A stretch of DNA of 64,000 nt from Dehalococcoidia bacterium (GCA_015661155.1 JACVQK010000004.1:9243-73242); one strand, 5' to 3'. Shown: positions 48,104 through 57,585, numbered from the stretch's first letter. A program made the numbers and translations. The notes: a model not told the origin generated them from the sequence alone.

Positions 48104-48156
48104 CTGAAAAACCCTTTCGACCAACCCCCTAGCCCCCTTCCTGTCCAGGAAGGGGG
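48104..48156 (+). repeat. Family A repeat, copy A5a (M1 alone)
   Basis: GAAAAACCCTTTCGACCAACCCCCTAGCCCCCTTCCTGTCCAGGAAGGGGG. Confidence 0.85.
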
Positions 48157-48206
48157 TAGACGGTTCGCAATGTAGCGCATCCCTTTGGAAACACCCTCAA
48201 GAGGGT

Positions 48207-48917
48207 TTACTGCTTCCAGAAGCGCTCCTCTTTTATCTTGAACCCTTTGGGGGTAAGGCGGGCCTTGACGTCCTCTATCATGCCGGGGTGGCCACAGGCA
48301 TAGACCAGGGTTTCCTTCTGGGGAAGTCCAAACTCCCCGATGCACTTCTCTACGACGAGGTTCACCCTGCCGGTTTGGCCTTTCCAGCCCCGGTTCCTCT
48401 CCTCCTGGGGACGGCTTACCGTGGGGAGGTAGGTGAGGGTCTGGGGGTGGGAAGATGCCAGCTTCTCCAGCTCCTCGCGGTAGGCGAACTCATCGCAGTA
48501 GCTAGCGCCCTGAAGCACGTAGAAATGGTGTCCCCCGCGACTCTGGTGAAGGTAGCTCCTCACTATGCTTATGAATGGCACGACACCGGTGACCGTGGAT
48601 ACCATGAGGTGGTTGGGGTACCTGTCCTCCATGAGGAACAGGCCCTTGGCCCGAGGGCGTATGGACACCTGGTCACCCTCGCGCAGCTTCCACAACCGCG
48701 CAGTGAGGGGGCCTTCAGGCACCAGCTCTACGAACAGCTCCAACCCGGGCTCGTGGGGCCCGGACGCTATGGAGTAGGCCCGCTCTATGCCCTCCAGCCC
48801 TATGGTGCAGTACTGGCCCGGCTCAAAGGTGAAGGGAATCTCCGGGGCCAACCACACCAGCATGAGGTCGGCCGTCAGGTCCTTCCGCCGGACAACGGTG
48901 GCTTTCGGTAGCTCCAT
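48207..48917 (-). CDS. Ferredoxin-NADP+ reductase-like FAD/NAD(P)-binding oxidoreductase
   Basis: ..RAYSIASGP.. (FAD RxYS motif), ..MVSTVTGVVPF.., ..VYACGHPGM... ATG 48917 was chosen because the upstream part of the tracked ORF is repeat A5b. Confidence 0.8.
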   Translation of the reverse strand: MELPKATVVRRKDLTADLMLVWLAPEIPFTFEPGQYCTIGLEGIERAYSIASGPHEPGLELFVELVPEGPLTARLWKLREGDQVSIRPRAKGLFLMEDRYPNHLMVSTVTGVVPFISIVRSYLHQSRGGHHFYVLQGASYCDEFAYREELEKLASSHPQTLTYLPTVSRPQEERNRGWKGQTGRVNLVVEKCIGEFGLPQKETLVYACGHPGMIEDVKARLTPKGFKIKEERFWKQ

Positions 48918-48930
48918 CACACACACTTCA

Positions 48931-49088
48931 GCAGGGCGTGCCCTGCACCCACACTCAACTGTTGCCGCGCCGGTCTGACCGTCCTTCAGATGAAGGACGG
49001 CTCGTAAGGTGTGGGTCTGGGCCTGGCCCAGTCTGGGAGACACCCCCAGAACCCCACCAATCCCAATGAATCGGGACTGGACTCCTCT
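48931..49088 (+). repeat. Family A repeat, copy A5b (M2 subtype a plus M3 variant)
   Basis: Closest to 1744..1890. Confidence 0.9.
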
Positions 49089-49192
49089 TCTTCAGGACAC
49101 TCTTTCGATGCACGGAGGCGTAGAGGCAATCCCATCCCTTGACGGAGGCGCGGAGCAACTCACCCTGAACCCAAGTCTCCAGGATGCGGCCG

Positions 49193-50692
49193 CTACGCTA
49201 TGACCTTCTTGCCCTTGGGCCAGACGCTGGGGATGCCATTGATTCGCCACATGTCGCACCGGATGCAGCGACGCGCTTCCTGGATGGCCTCATCGCGAGT
49301 GTATCCCCGCTCCACCTCATCGAAGGTGTGAATCCGCTCTTTGACGTCCAGCTCCGCCACGGGGAAAGCCTTGACTCCCAGGGGATGGAGCTTCGACGGC
49401 ATGTCCATCTCGTCCCCCGGGGGCGGTGCCAGGGTCTCTTCGATGTCGCCATCGCCCCCCAGATACCTGTCCATGGCTGAGGCGGAGCGGCGACCCGCGG
49501 CGATGGCCTCGGTGACATTGGACGGGCCGGTGATGACGTCGCCTCCTGCGAAGACCCCTGCCCTGTTGGTAGCCATGCTCTTGTTGTCCCCCTGGATGGT
49601 GCCGTTCCTGTTGAGGTCGATCCCCCAGGACTTGGCGACATCGGCCACCTGACCAATGGCCACCAGCAGGGTGTTTATTGGCAGGTCGGTCTCCTTGCCC
49701 TTGATGGGCACGGGACGGCGGCGACCGCTGTCGTCGGGCTCTCCCAGCTCCATGCACTGAAGGTGAAGCCTCAGGTGATCACCGTCGCGGTATACGCCCA
49801 TGGGGGAGACCAGGAACTGGAACTTCACCCCCTCCTTCTCAGCGGCCTGCACCTCGTCGGCGGTGGCTGGCATCTCCTGGCGAGTGCGGCGGTAGACGAT
49901 GGTAACCTCCTTGGCACCAAGTCTGAGAGCGGTGCGGGCGCCGTCGATGGCCACGTTTCCGCCCCCGATGATGGCGACCCTCTGTCCCACATCCAGGTTG
50001 TTGCCCAGGTTGACCTCCTGGAGGAAGTCAACACACTCCATCACGCCCGGCAAATCCTCCCCCTCGATCCCCATCTGCTGAGGCCTCAACGCCCCTGCGC
50101 CGATGAAGATGGCATCGAAACCCTCTTGGAAGAGCTTGTCCAGGGACTCCACCCTGTGGTTGGTCTTTATCTCCACCCTGGTCTCGGTGACCACGGCTAT
50201 CTGCTCATCCAGGATTTCCCGGGGAAGGCGGTAGACGGGAATACCAATGCGGAACTGCCCTCCGGCCTGGGAGAGGGCCTCGAATACGGTGACCTGATGT
50301 CCACAACGTTTGCCCAGGTAGTAGGCGACGGTGAGGCCCGCGGGCCCGGATCCCACCACGGCAACCCGCTTCCCCGTTGAAGGAGCGATGGTTGCCTCCC
50401 AGTTGTCACGGAACATCTCGCTCCTAAGGTCGCAGGCGGCACGCTTGAGGGCGTTGATGGAGACCGTGCCATCCATGGATGCGCGCCTGCACGCCACCTC
50501 GCAGTGGCGGTAGCACACGTGGCTACAGATGGCAGGGAAGGGGTTTTTCTCTCTGACCACCGCCTCGGCCTCGGCGAACTGTCCCTTCTGAACGTAGCCG
50601 ATGTAGCGGGGAACGTCTATGCCCGCGGGGCAGTCCCTCATACAGGGGGCGATGAGCCTCTTTGCGTTTGCTGAAACAGCCTTAGTAGTCAC
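49193..50692 (-). CDS. GltD-family (glutamate synthase small-chain-like) Fe-S/FAD NAD(P)H oxidoreductase
   Basis: ..CMRDCPAGIDVPRYI..NPFPAICSHVCYRHCEVACRR..VAVVGSGPAGLTVAYYL... The GTG start follows AGAGGTGA. Confidence 0.85.
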   Translation of the reverse strand: MTTKAVSANAKRLIAPCMRDCPAGIDVPRYIGYVQKGQFAEAEAVVREKNPFPAICSHVCYRHCEVACRRASMDGTVSINALKRAACDLRSEMFRDNWEATIAPSTGKRVAVVGSGPAGLTVAYYLGKRCGHQVTVFEALSQAGGQFRIGIPVYRLPREILDEQIAVVTETRVEIKTNHRVESLDKLFQEGFDAIFIGAGALRPQQMGIEGEDLPGVMECVDFLQEVNLGNNLDVGQRVAIIGGGNVAIDGARTALRLGAKEVTIVYRRTRQEMPATADEVQAAEKEGVKFQFLVSPMGVYRDGDHLRLHLQCMELGEPDDSGRRRPVPIKGKETDLPINTLLVAIGQVADVAKSWGIDLNRNGTIQGDNKSMATNRAGVFAGGDVITGPSNVTEAIAAGRRSASAMDRYLGGDGDIEETLAPPPGDEMDMPSKLHPLGVKAFPVAELDVKERIHTFDEVERGYTRDEAIQEARRCIRCDMWRINGIPSVWPKGKKVIA

Positions 50693-50729
50693 TGATCACC
50701 TCTATTCGTAATTATACACCATCTGGTCG
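50643..50729. repeat. Direct repeat copy 1: the gltD-like 5' coding end plus its upstream leader
   Basis: It aligns with 52551..52636, with about 86% identity over the first 49 nt and patchy similarity beyond. Confidence 0.8.
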
Positions 50730-50791
50730 GTTTCATCGGTGCCTGCTGTTTGTTGAGCCGCCGTCGGACCTACTTACCTTTGATCGGTGGT

Positions 50792-52054
50792 TCATGGCCC
50801 CGGCGCGCTGCACAGAATCTGCGCCCCCGGCGCGTCGGGAGGCGGCCCCGACTCGGCAATGCACAGGTCTCTGTTCTTGACCTGCCGCTTGCCAGCCCGC
50901 CCCTGGAGCTGTAGAACCGCATCGAGGTGCTGCGACACACCGTGGGTACGTCCGACTCCGTTGCTCCCGCCGGAGGTGTTGAGAGGAAAGCTCCCCTCGA
51001 TGGCGATGCGCTCCGCCGTCATCCACGGGAGCCCCTCCCCCTTTCCAGAGAGGCCAAAGGCCTCCACCCACATGGGAGTGACCACCGTGAAGCCATCGTA
51101 CAGATTGGCGAACTGCATGTCCTCCGGGCCGACCCCCGCGTCCGCGTAGAGGCGACTGGCAAAGGCCGCGTTGGTTTCCTCCACGTCCTCCAGAGAGTGG
51201 GTCACGGACCTGGCCCGGTGACGGGTACGGGCGTGGCCGAGGACAAAGGCCGGCGGATGTTTGAGATTTCGGGCGCGCTCGGCGGTGGTCAGGATAAAGG
51301 CCGCGGCCGTATGCACCGGCATGTCGCAATCGTAGAGGTTGATGGGCTCCGTTACCCACCGGGCGCTCAGGTACTCCTCCCTGGTCAAGGGTTCAGGCCG
51401 GTTCTGGTAGTAGTACCCGTACTCGCACATGAGGCCATTGCGACGGTTGTTCAATACGAAGTCGGCCAGCTCCTCGTGCCGACGGTTGTATTTCCACAAA
51501 TAGCGTTGGAACAGCGAGGCGAAACGGGCTGGCCCCGTGAAGCCGTAGGGATGCTCGAACTGGGCTGGCCCTCTGACCTCTCCGGCGGCGGCCTCGCCTA
51601 CCTGGCCGTACCGTCCGGCGAAGTTGTTCAGGGGCCGGACCACCAGGGCGTAGCTGCACCTGCCGGCGACCACCGCGTCGATGGCATGGTTCAGCAGGGT
51701 GCCGATGATGAGGTAGCGGTCCTCGCAGACCTTCAACTCCTTGAGCCCCATGTTCCGCGCGAGCCACGCCGCGGTCACCTTGGCGATGCCGTCCTCGGTG
51801 TCTCCCGGGGTCATCTGGAAACGCTCCACCATGGATATGGGCACCTCCCGGGGAGCCCACGCGTCTCCCAGGGGCCCCGGGGAGCTGAACACGCCGTCGA
51901 TATCCTCCAGCCTTAGCCCGCAGTCCTCGATGGCCCGGGTCGCTGCCCGGATGGCGAGAGCGCCTATGCTGGTCTGGGGGTCTTCATCCCAGCGTCGGGA
52001 CACTTCGGCGTGCCCGACCCCAGCGTACGCGACCTTGCCTCGGTGCTCCCACAT
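50792..52054 (-). CDS. Thiolase-fold (SCP-x/DUF35-partner type) protein
   Basis: 420 aa with a thiolase-like C-terminal ..NTSGGSNGVGRTHGVSQ... ATG 52054 follows AAGGAGCAAGG. The tracked upstream extension was rejected. Confidence 0.7.
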   Translation of the reverse strand: MWEHRGKVAYAGVGHAEVSRRWDEDPQTSIGALAIRAATRAIEDCGLRLEDIDGVFSSPGPLGDAWAPREVPISMVERFQMTPGDTEDGIAKVTAAWLARNMGLKELKVCEDRYLIIGTLLNHAIDAVVAGRCSYALVVRPLNNFAGRYGQVGEAAAGEVRGPAQFEHPYGFTGPARFASLFQRYLWKYNRRHEELADFVLNNRRNGLMCEYGYYYQNRPEPLTREEYLSARWVTEPINLYDCDMPVHTAAAFILTTAERARNLKHPPAFVLGHARTRHRARSVTHSLEDVEETNAAFASRLYADAGVGPEDMQFANLYDGFTVVTPMWVEAFGLSGKGEGLPWMTAERIAIEGSFPLNTSGGSNGVGRTHGVSQHLDAVLQLQGRAGKRQVKNRDLCIAESGPPPDAPGAQILCSAPGP

Positions 52055-52104
52055 ACCTTGCTCCTTTGATAACGGGCCGTGCGAAGCCCGCCCCGAACAT
52101 GGCG

Positions 52105-52515
52105 TTACCGGCGCACCACCCGGAACTGGGGGATGAACCTCCCTGGCCTTACCTCCTCGAACTCCACCTCCACGGGGTCTCCGATCTCGAATAGGCCCGG
52201 CACCGACCCGGGGAGGTTGGTGAGATGCCACACGTCCGGCGACTCGTCGCACTCCACCACCGCGATGATAAAGGGCTGGTACTCTTGCATGAGCCTCACC
52301 CGGGTATCATGCATTACCTGCCAGGAGTAGACCTTCCCTTTGCCAGAGAGCGGGCGAAACTCCAGGTTCTCTCCGCCGCATCTGGCGCACCGAGCCTCCG
52401 GCGGGTGCTGATACCTGTTGCAGCCATGACAGAACTGGGCCACCAGGCGTTTCTCATTGGCAGCGTCCCAGAAGGGCCTGGTGGCCTCATCGGGCGCTGG
52501 AACTGGCTTGGGCAT
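52105..52515 (-). CDS. Zn-ribbon/OB-fold DUF35-family protein
   Basis: ..PFWDAANEKRLVAQFCHGCNRYQHPPEARCARCGG..GKVYSW.. layout, typical partner of the thiolase-like protein. Confidence 0.8.
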   Translation of the reverse strand: MPKPVPAPDEATRPFWDAANEKRLVAQFCHGCNRYQHPPEARCARCGGENLEFRPLSGKGKVYSWQVMHDTRVRLMQEYQPFIIAVVECDESPDVWHLTNLPGSVPGLFEIGDPVEVEFEEVRPGRFIPQFRVVRR

Positions 52516-52550
52516 GTCTCACCTCGCGTCGAGTGGGGGAGCGTCTCGCC

Positions 52551-52636
52551 CAGGGGGCGATGAGCCTCTTCGCCATTGCCGAAACAGCCCTGGTGGTCAA
52601 GAGCACCTCCACACTCTATTGTAAGCCATCTAGTGT
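52551..52636. repeat. Direct repeat copy 2: a decayed duplicate of the gltD-like start region
   Basis: The minus strand reads TTG-ACC-ACC-AGG-GCT-GTT-TCG-GCA-ATG-GCG-AAG-AGG-CTC-ATC-GCC-CCC (TTRAVSAMAKRLIAP), against MTTKAVSANAKRLIAP of the intact gene. Confidence 0.8.
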
Positions 52637-52679
52637 CGCCGCGTCACCTGAACCAGGGTACATTGATAGGGTTCTCCCC

Positions 52680-52833
52680 AAGGGCGTATACCTCATCGCC
52701 CTGCACCCACACTCCTCAGAGGCATCCATAGGCAAGCCCAATTCAGGGTCTGTGAGATGTGGGTCTGGGCCATGCCCAGTGGGGGACACCCCCAGACCCC
52801 CGCCAAAGGGGCTGCGCCCCTCTGCACTCCCCC
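52680..52833 (+). repeat. Family A repeat, copy A6 (M2 subtype b plus M3)
   Basis: Block identity to 41172..41275 and to the M3 of 34375..34428. Confidence 0.9.
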
Positions 52834-52848
52834 TGCTTCACCGGCCTG

Positions 52849-55683
52849 CTAGACGGCTTTCTCCAGCCGCACGGGTAACACCTTCAACCCAGGCACCCGT
52901 GAGAAGGGGTCTGGGTCTTCGCTGCTCTCCAGGCGACTGGCCAGCCCGCCGAAGAGGAGGGTCGCGGACACCGCGCCGCGAAGGGCCCTCTCCGTGAGCT
53001 GAGCCCGAAGCCGCATCCGCGTCCCGGGTGAAATCACCTCCACCCAGTCCCCATCTCCGATGCCCAGGTCGGCGGCGTCCGAGGGGTGAATCTCCAGAAG
53101 CTCGTCCCGCCCGATGTAGCTCTTGTGGCCTGCCACCTGAATCTCCGCCCCTCTATGGGGCTGGTGAAGCACCCGCCCGGGGAGGAGAAGGAGGGGGTAC
53201 TCAACGGTCGTCGGAATGGGGACATCCCTCACCTCCAGAGGAGCCAGCCTGGCCTTTCCTCTGGGGAAGCCCCCGGCGTACAGAATGGGGGTGTCCCCAC
53301 TCTCCTGGGAGGTGCAGGGCCACTGAAGGCTCGCTCTCTGCCCCCCCTGGGCGGGGTAAAGCTGGCTGGGAATGGGGAAGTTGGGCCACGACATCGGCTC
53401 CAGCAAGCCCCTCTGGGAGAGGAGCCGCGGATAGGAGACGCCCGCGTAGAGGGGAACCAGGCGGGATATCTCCTCCATCACCTGGGACGGGGAGGCGTAG
53501 TCGAAGCCCTGGGCGCTCATGGCCCTGGCTATCTGGCACACTATCCACCAATCGGGCCGGGCCTGGGTGCTCTTCACCTCCAGGACTTTCCGCAGGGGCT
53601 GAACCCGCCGCTCCAGGTTCGTGTAGGTGCCCTCCTTCTCGGCGAAACTGACCGAGGGCAGCACCACGTCAGCAACCTGGGCCAACCCGGTGAGGAAGGC
53701 ATCCTGCACCACCAGGAACTCCAGCTTCTGGGCCGCCTCCAGCACATCCCCCAGCTCGCCGTTGGAGAAGCCGGGGCTATCGCCCACCACCAGCATGGCT
53801 TTCACGCGCCCCGAAGAGGCGGCCTCAAAGACCTCCCTGACCCCAAGTCCCTTGCTCTGGGGCAACTCCACCCCCCAGGCCCCCTGGAAGGCGGCGCGAG
53901 CCGCGGGGTCAGCCACCCCCTGGTAGCCTGGCAGCAGGTGAGGTACGCACCCCACGTCCCAGGAGCCCTGGTCGTTGGTGCCAGGACGCAGGGGATAGAG
54001 TCCCGTGTGGGGCTTGCCCACGTTGCCCGTCAGAAGGGCCATGTCCGCCAGGGCGCGCACGCACTCCTCCCGGTGGGAGGCAGGAACGTTGTCCAGGGCG
54101 TAGAGGATAGCGGCGGGGCCATTCTGGGCAAAGGTCCGGGCGGCCAGGCGTATCTCCTCCTGGGACACCCCTGTCATCTCCTCCACCCTGTTGAGGTCGA
54201 AGTGCCACAGGGAGTGTTTGAGGGTATTCAGGTTATCACACCGCTCCCTTAGAAAGGCCGTGTCCTCCATCACCTCGTCCACCATGGCCCTGAGCATTCC
54301 CCCCAGCAGGATGGAGTCGGTCCCGGGCCGGGGCCGTATCCACACCGTAGCGTAGCGGGTCAGCTCCACCTCCCGGGAGTCGATGACGATGAGCTTGGCC
54401 CCTTTCTTCACCGCCCGCTTCACGGGCACCGCCACCACGTTGTGGTCTTCGGTGGTGTTGGTTCCTATGGCCAGGATGCACCGGGCGTCCTCCAGCTCCC
54501 AGATGGTGTTGGTGGCCGCCGCATACCCCAGGACATCCCTCAGGGGCTCCGCTATCTCCGGTCGGAGGTTGGAGGAGTGGTCCACGTTGTTGGTTCCCAT
54601 CACGGAGCGGGCGAACTTCTGCAACAGGTAGCTCTCCTCGTTGGTTCCGCGGTAGGAGGCGATGGCGGCGAACTGGTCGCCCTTGTACCCGGAAAGCCTC
54701 TCCGCCACCAGGGAGAGGGCCTCCTCCCAGGAAGCCTCCTCCAGGGAGCCGTTTCGCCTCACCAGGGGAGCCTTGAGCCGCTCCCGGCTGTTGACGAAGC
54801 CGAGGCCGAACTTCCCCTTGAAACAGGCCTGTCCCCGGTTGGCACCGGCCTCCAGCTGGGGGATGGCGCGGATGACCCTGCCTCGCTGGCTCACCTCCAG
54901 CTTCAGCTGGCACCCCACAGGGCAGTGGGGACAGGTGGTGGATACGCGCTCCACCGCCTTCTCCCACTTGTGCTCCCGCTCCACCAGTGCTCCCACGGGG
55001 CAGACGTCGATGCAGGCCCCGCAGAACTCGCACCCCGACTCCAGCAGCGAGGATCCTCCGGCGGGGCCCACCAGAGAGAGCCCCCCTCTCTCCCTGAATC
55101 CCATGGCGCTGTCCCCCCGGACCTCTTCACAGACCCTCACGCACCGTCCGCACACTATGCACAGGTTCATATCCAGGTCGTAGAAGGGGTCTTTGTTCTC
55201 CACAGGGAGGTTACGGTATCTGTAGGTTAGAGGGGTGGTGAGGCCCATGCCCACGTAGCGGGTGGTGTCCTTCAGCTCGCACCGCTCGTTCTTGGGGCAG
55301 ACGACACACCGGTCGGTGACGGAGACGTGGCGCAGGCATATGTCCTGGGGGCCGCACAGCTCGACGCGGTGGCAGGTGAGGCAGCCGTGGGGATGCTCCG
55401 AGATGACCAGCTCCACGATGCCTTTGCGCAGCTCCTGGAGCTGGGGAGTGTTGGTCCACACCACCATGCCATCGGCCACGGGGGTGGTGCAGGAAGCGGG
55501 CGTCCCCCTGGTCTTCTCTATCTCCACCACGCACATCCTACAAGCGCCATAGGGCTTCATGCCGGGGGAGTAGCACAGATAGGGAATGTACAGCCCAGAC
55601 TCCGTGGCCACCTGGAGGATGGTCTTTCCGGGCTGATCCCTCACCTCCCTACCATCGATGAACAGGGTCAGGTCAGCGGCCAC
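52849..55683 (-). CDS. NuoG/FdhA-like Fe-S plus molybdopterin-domain subunit (NAD-linked formate dehydrogenase alpha-related)
   Basis: N-terminal 2Fe-2S/4Fe-4S cysteine clusters (..CYSPGMKPYGACRMC.., ..CIVCGRCVRVC.., ..CPHCPVGC..) followed by a molybdopterin oxidoreductase domain. GTG 55683 follows GGAGGAG and lies right after the nuoF-like stop. Confidence 0.8.
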   Translation of the reverse strand: MAADLTLFIDGREVRDQPGKTILQVATESGLYIPYLCYSPGMKPYGACRMCVVEIEKTRGTPASCTTPVADGMVVWTNTPQLQELRKGIVELVISEHPHGCLTCHRVELCGPQDICLRHVSVTDRCVVCPKNERCELKDTTRYVGMGLTTPLTYRYRNLPVENKDPFYDLDMNLCIVCGRCVRVCEEVRGDSAMGFRERGGLSLVGPAGGSSLLESGCEFCGACIDVCPVGALVEREHKWEKAVERVSTTCPHCPVGCQLKLEVSQRGRVIRAIPQLEAGANRGQACFKGKFGLGFVNSRERLKAPLVRRNGSLEEASWEEALSLVAERLSGYKGDQFAAIASYRGTNEESYLLQKFARSVMGTNNVDHSSNLRPEIAEPLRDVLGYAAATNTIWELEDARCILAIGTNTTEDHNVVAVPVKRAVKKGAKLIVIDSREVELTRYATVWIRPRPGTDSILLGGMLRAMVDEVMEDTAFLRERCDNLNTLKHSLWHFDLNRVEEMTGVSQEEIRLAARTFAQNGPAAILYALDNVPASHREECVRALADMALLTGNVGKPHTGLYPLRPGTNDQGSWDVGCVPHLLPGYQGVADPAARAAFQGAWGVELPQSKGLGVREVFEAASSGRVKAMLVVGDSPGFSNGELGDVLEAAQKLEFLVVQDAFLTGLAQVADVVLPSVSFAEKEGTYTNLERRVQPLRKVLEVKSTQARPDWWIVCQIARAMSAQGFDYASPSQVMEEISRLVPLYAGVSYPRLLSQRGLLEPMSWPNFPIPSQLYPAQGGQRASLQWPCTSQESGDTPILYAGGFPRGKARLAPLEVRDVPIPTTVEYPLLLLPGRVLHQPHRGAEIQVAGHKSYIGRDELLEIHPSDAADLGIGDGDWVEVISPGTRMRLRAQLTERALRGAVSATLLFGGLASRLESSEDPDPFSRVPGLKVLPVRLEKAV

Positions 55684-55691
55684 GCTCCTCC

Positions 55692-57437
55692 TTAAACCTT
55701 CATCTCTACCGGTTGGGCGGAGACCCACCTGGCCCTGGTGCGCTGGGGAGTGAAGATGGGGCCAAGGCACCGGCCCGTGGGACACCGTTTCTCTTCCATG
55801 TGGGCGGCGAACTCCTGGGAGAACTGCCGCAGGGCAGACTGGACCGGGTTCCACCCCAGCTGGCCATGTCCACAGAGGGAGCCTGCCGCCATGTCCTGGC
55901 CTATGTGGCGCATGACCTCCATGTCCCCCGGGCGGCTCTCAAAGCGGCACATCCGCTCCAGCACCTCCAGGAGGTGGGTCATCCCCAACCGACAGGGGAA
56001 GCACTTGCCGCAGGACTCGTACTGGCAGAAGGCCACCAGCAGGCGGGTCATGTCCACGGCACAGGCGTCCTCATCGGCGGCGATGATCCCCCCGGAGCCC
56101 AGGATGGCTCCTGCCCTGGCCATGGACTCGAAGTCCAGGGCAATGTCCACCTGGTCGGCATGGAGAAGGCCCCCCAGGGGCCCTCCCGTCTGAAGGAACT
56201 TCAGGCTTCTTCCTCCGGGAGCTCCTCCCGCTGCTTCGTAGATGATCTCCCGGAGGGAGGTGCCCATGGGCACCTCCACCATGCCGGGACGGGAGATGTT
56301 CCCGGACAGGCAGAGGATGGCGGTGCCCTTGCTGCTCTCGCTGCCTATGCCGGCGAACCACTCCCCTCCCCTGGATATGATCTCAGGGACGTAGGAGAGG
56401 GTCTTCACGTTGTTGATGTTGCTGGGGTGTCCCCACACCCCCACCGCGGCGGGGAAGGGAGGGCGATAGCGGGGCATGGCCCGCTTCCCCTCAATGGACT
56501 CCATGAGGGCCGTCTCCTCCCCGGCGACGTAGGACTCTCCGGTAAGGGAGACCTCCATGTGGAAGCTGAATGAGGAGCCCAGGATGTTCTCTCCCAGGAG
56601 GCCCAGCCCATAGGCCTGCTGGATGGCCTGCTCAGTGCGGTGGATAGGCCCCTCGTGGCCGTGGCGGATGAACACCACCCCGTTGCTGGCTCCCGTGGCA
56701 TAGCCGGCCAGGATGACGCCCTCCACCAGGGTGTGGGGGTCGCTCTCCAGGATGCCCTTGTCGTTGTAGGCTCCTGGGTCGCCCTCCTCACAGTTGGCCA
56801 GGATGTACTTCACCGGGCCGGGAGAGCGGGAGAGGAAGCTCCACTTGGTGCCCGTGGGGAAGGCGGCTCCTCCCCTTCCCCGCAGGCCGGAGGTCTGGAC
56901 CTCCTTCTGCACATCCTCGGGCTTCATGACCGAGAGGGCCTTGCAAAGCGCGGCGTAGCCCCCCCGGGCGATGTACTGGTGGATGTCCAGGGGGTCTATG
57001 TGGCCGCAGTTACGCAGGGCGATGCGCACCTGACGGCTCCACATGGGCAGCTCCTCCAGGCGGGGAATGCCCTCCACATGCCCGTCTCCCGTGTAGGCCA
57101 GGGCCAGGTCGGGACGGGGATTGTCGCCCGCCAGGTACGACTCCACCAGGCCAGGGACCTGCTCCGGAGTGAGGCTCTTGTAGAAGATGCGGGGTCTCCC
57201 CGGCTTGAGGATGTCCACCAGCGGCTCGGCGTAGCACAGGCCCAGGCAACCCACCGCGCTGACGTTGGCGGCGATGCCCCGCCTCTCCAGCTCGGCCCTG
57301 AAGGCTTCGACTACGGGCAACGCGCCCGCGGCCTCGCCACAGACGGCGGTGCCCACCCGAATCCAGGGCCGCTCACCCGATTCCAGCTCGTGGTGGCGGC
57401 GTTGCGCCTCTTGCAGCAACTCTTCGAAGGTGGCCAT
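55692..57437 (-). CDS. NuoF-like NAD(H)/FMN/4Fe-4S subunit with an N-terminal thioredoxin-like domain
   Basis: ..GLRGRGGAAFPTGTKW.., ..ESCGKCFPCR.., 581 aa. The ATG follows GGAGGAG. Confidence 0.9.
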   Translation of the reverse strand: MATFEELLQEAQRRHHELESGERPWIRVGTAVCGEAAGALPVVEAFRAELERRGIAANVSAVGCLGLCYAEPLVDILKPGRPRIFYKSLTPEQVPGLVESYLAGDNPRPDLALAYTGDGHVEGIPRLEELPMWSRQVRIALRNCGHIDPLDIHQYIARGGYAALCKALSVMKPEDVQKEVQTSGLRGRGGAAFPTGTKWSFLSRSPGPVKYILANCEEGDPGAYNDKGILESDPHTLVEGVILAGYATGASNGVVFIRHGHEGPIHRTEQAIQQAYGLGLLGENILGSSFSFHMEVSLTGESYVAGEETALMESIEGKRAMPRYRPPFPAAVGVWGHPSNINNVKTLSYVPEIISRGGEWFAGIGSESSKGTAILCLSGNISRPGMVEVPMGTSLREIIYEAAGGAPGGRSLKFLQTGGPLGGLLHADQVDIALDFESMARAGAILGSGGIIAADEDACAVDMTRLLVAFCQYESCGKCFPCRLGMTHLLEVLERMCRFESRPGDMEVMRHIGQDMAAGSLCGHGQLGWNPVQSALRQFSQEFAAHMEEKRCPTGRCLGPIFTPQRTRARWVSAQPVEMKV

Positions 57438-57484
57438 ACACTCCTCCGCAATAACCCGCTTCTCCTTCGGCAGGCTCTGAGCGA

Positions 57485-57580
57485 CCCTTCGACAAGCTCA
57501 GGGTGAACGGAATATATCTACCCGCTCATGGTGAGCCTGATGTATCTACCCGCTCGTGGTTCGGCAAGCTCACCACGAGC
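57485..57580. repeat. Family B REP-like hairpins lying between the nuoE-like and nuoF-like genes
   Basis: CCCTTCGACAAGCTCAGGGTGAACGG...CCGCTCATGGTGAGCCTG and GCTCGTGGT...ACCACGAGC. Confidence 0.85.
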
Positions 57581-57585
57581 ACGAC

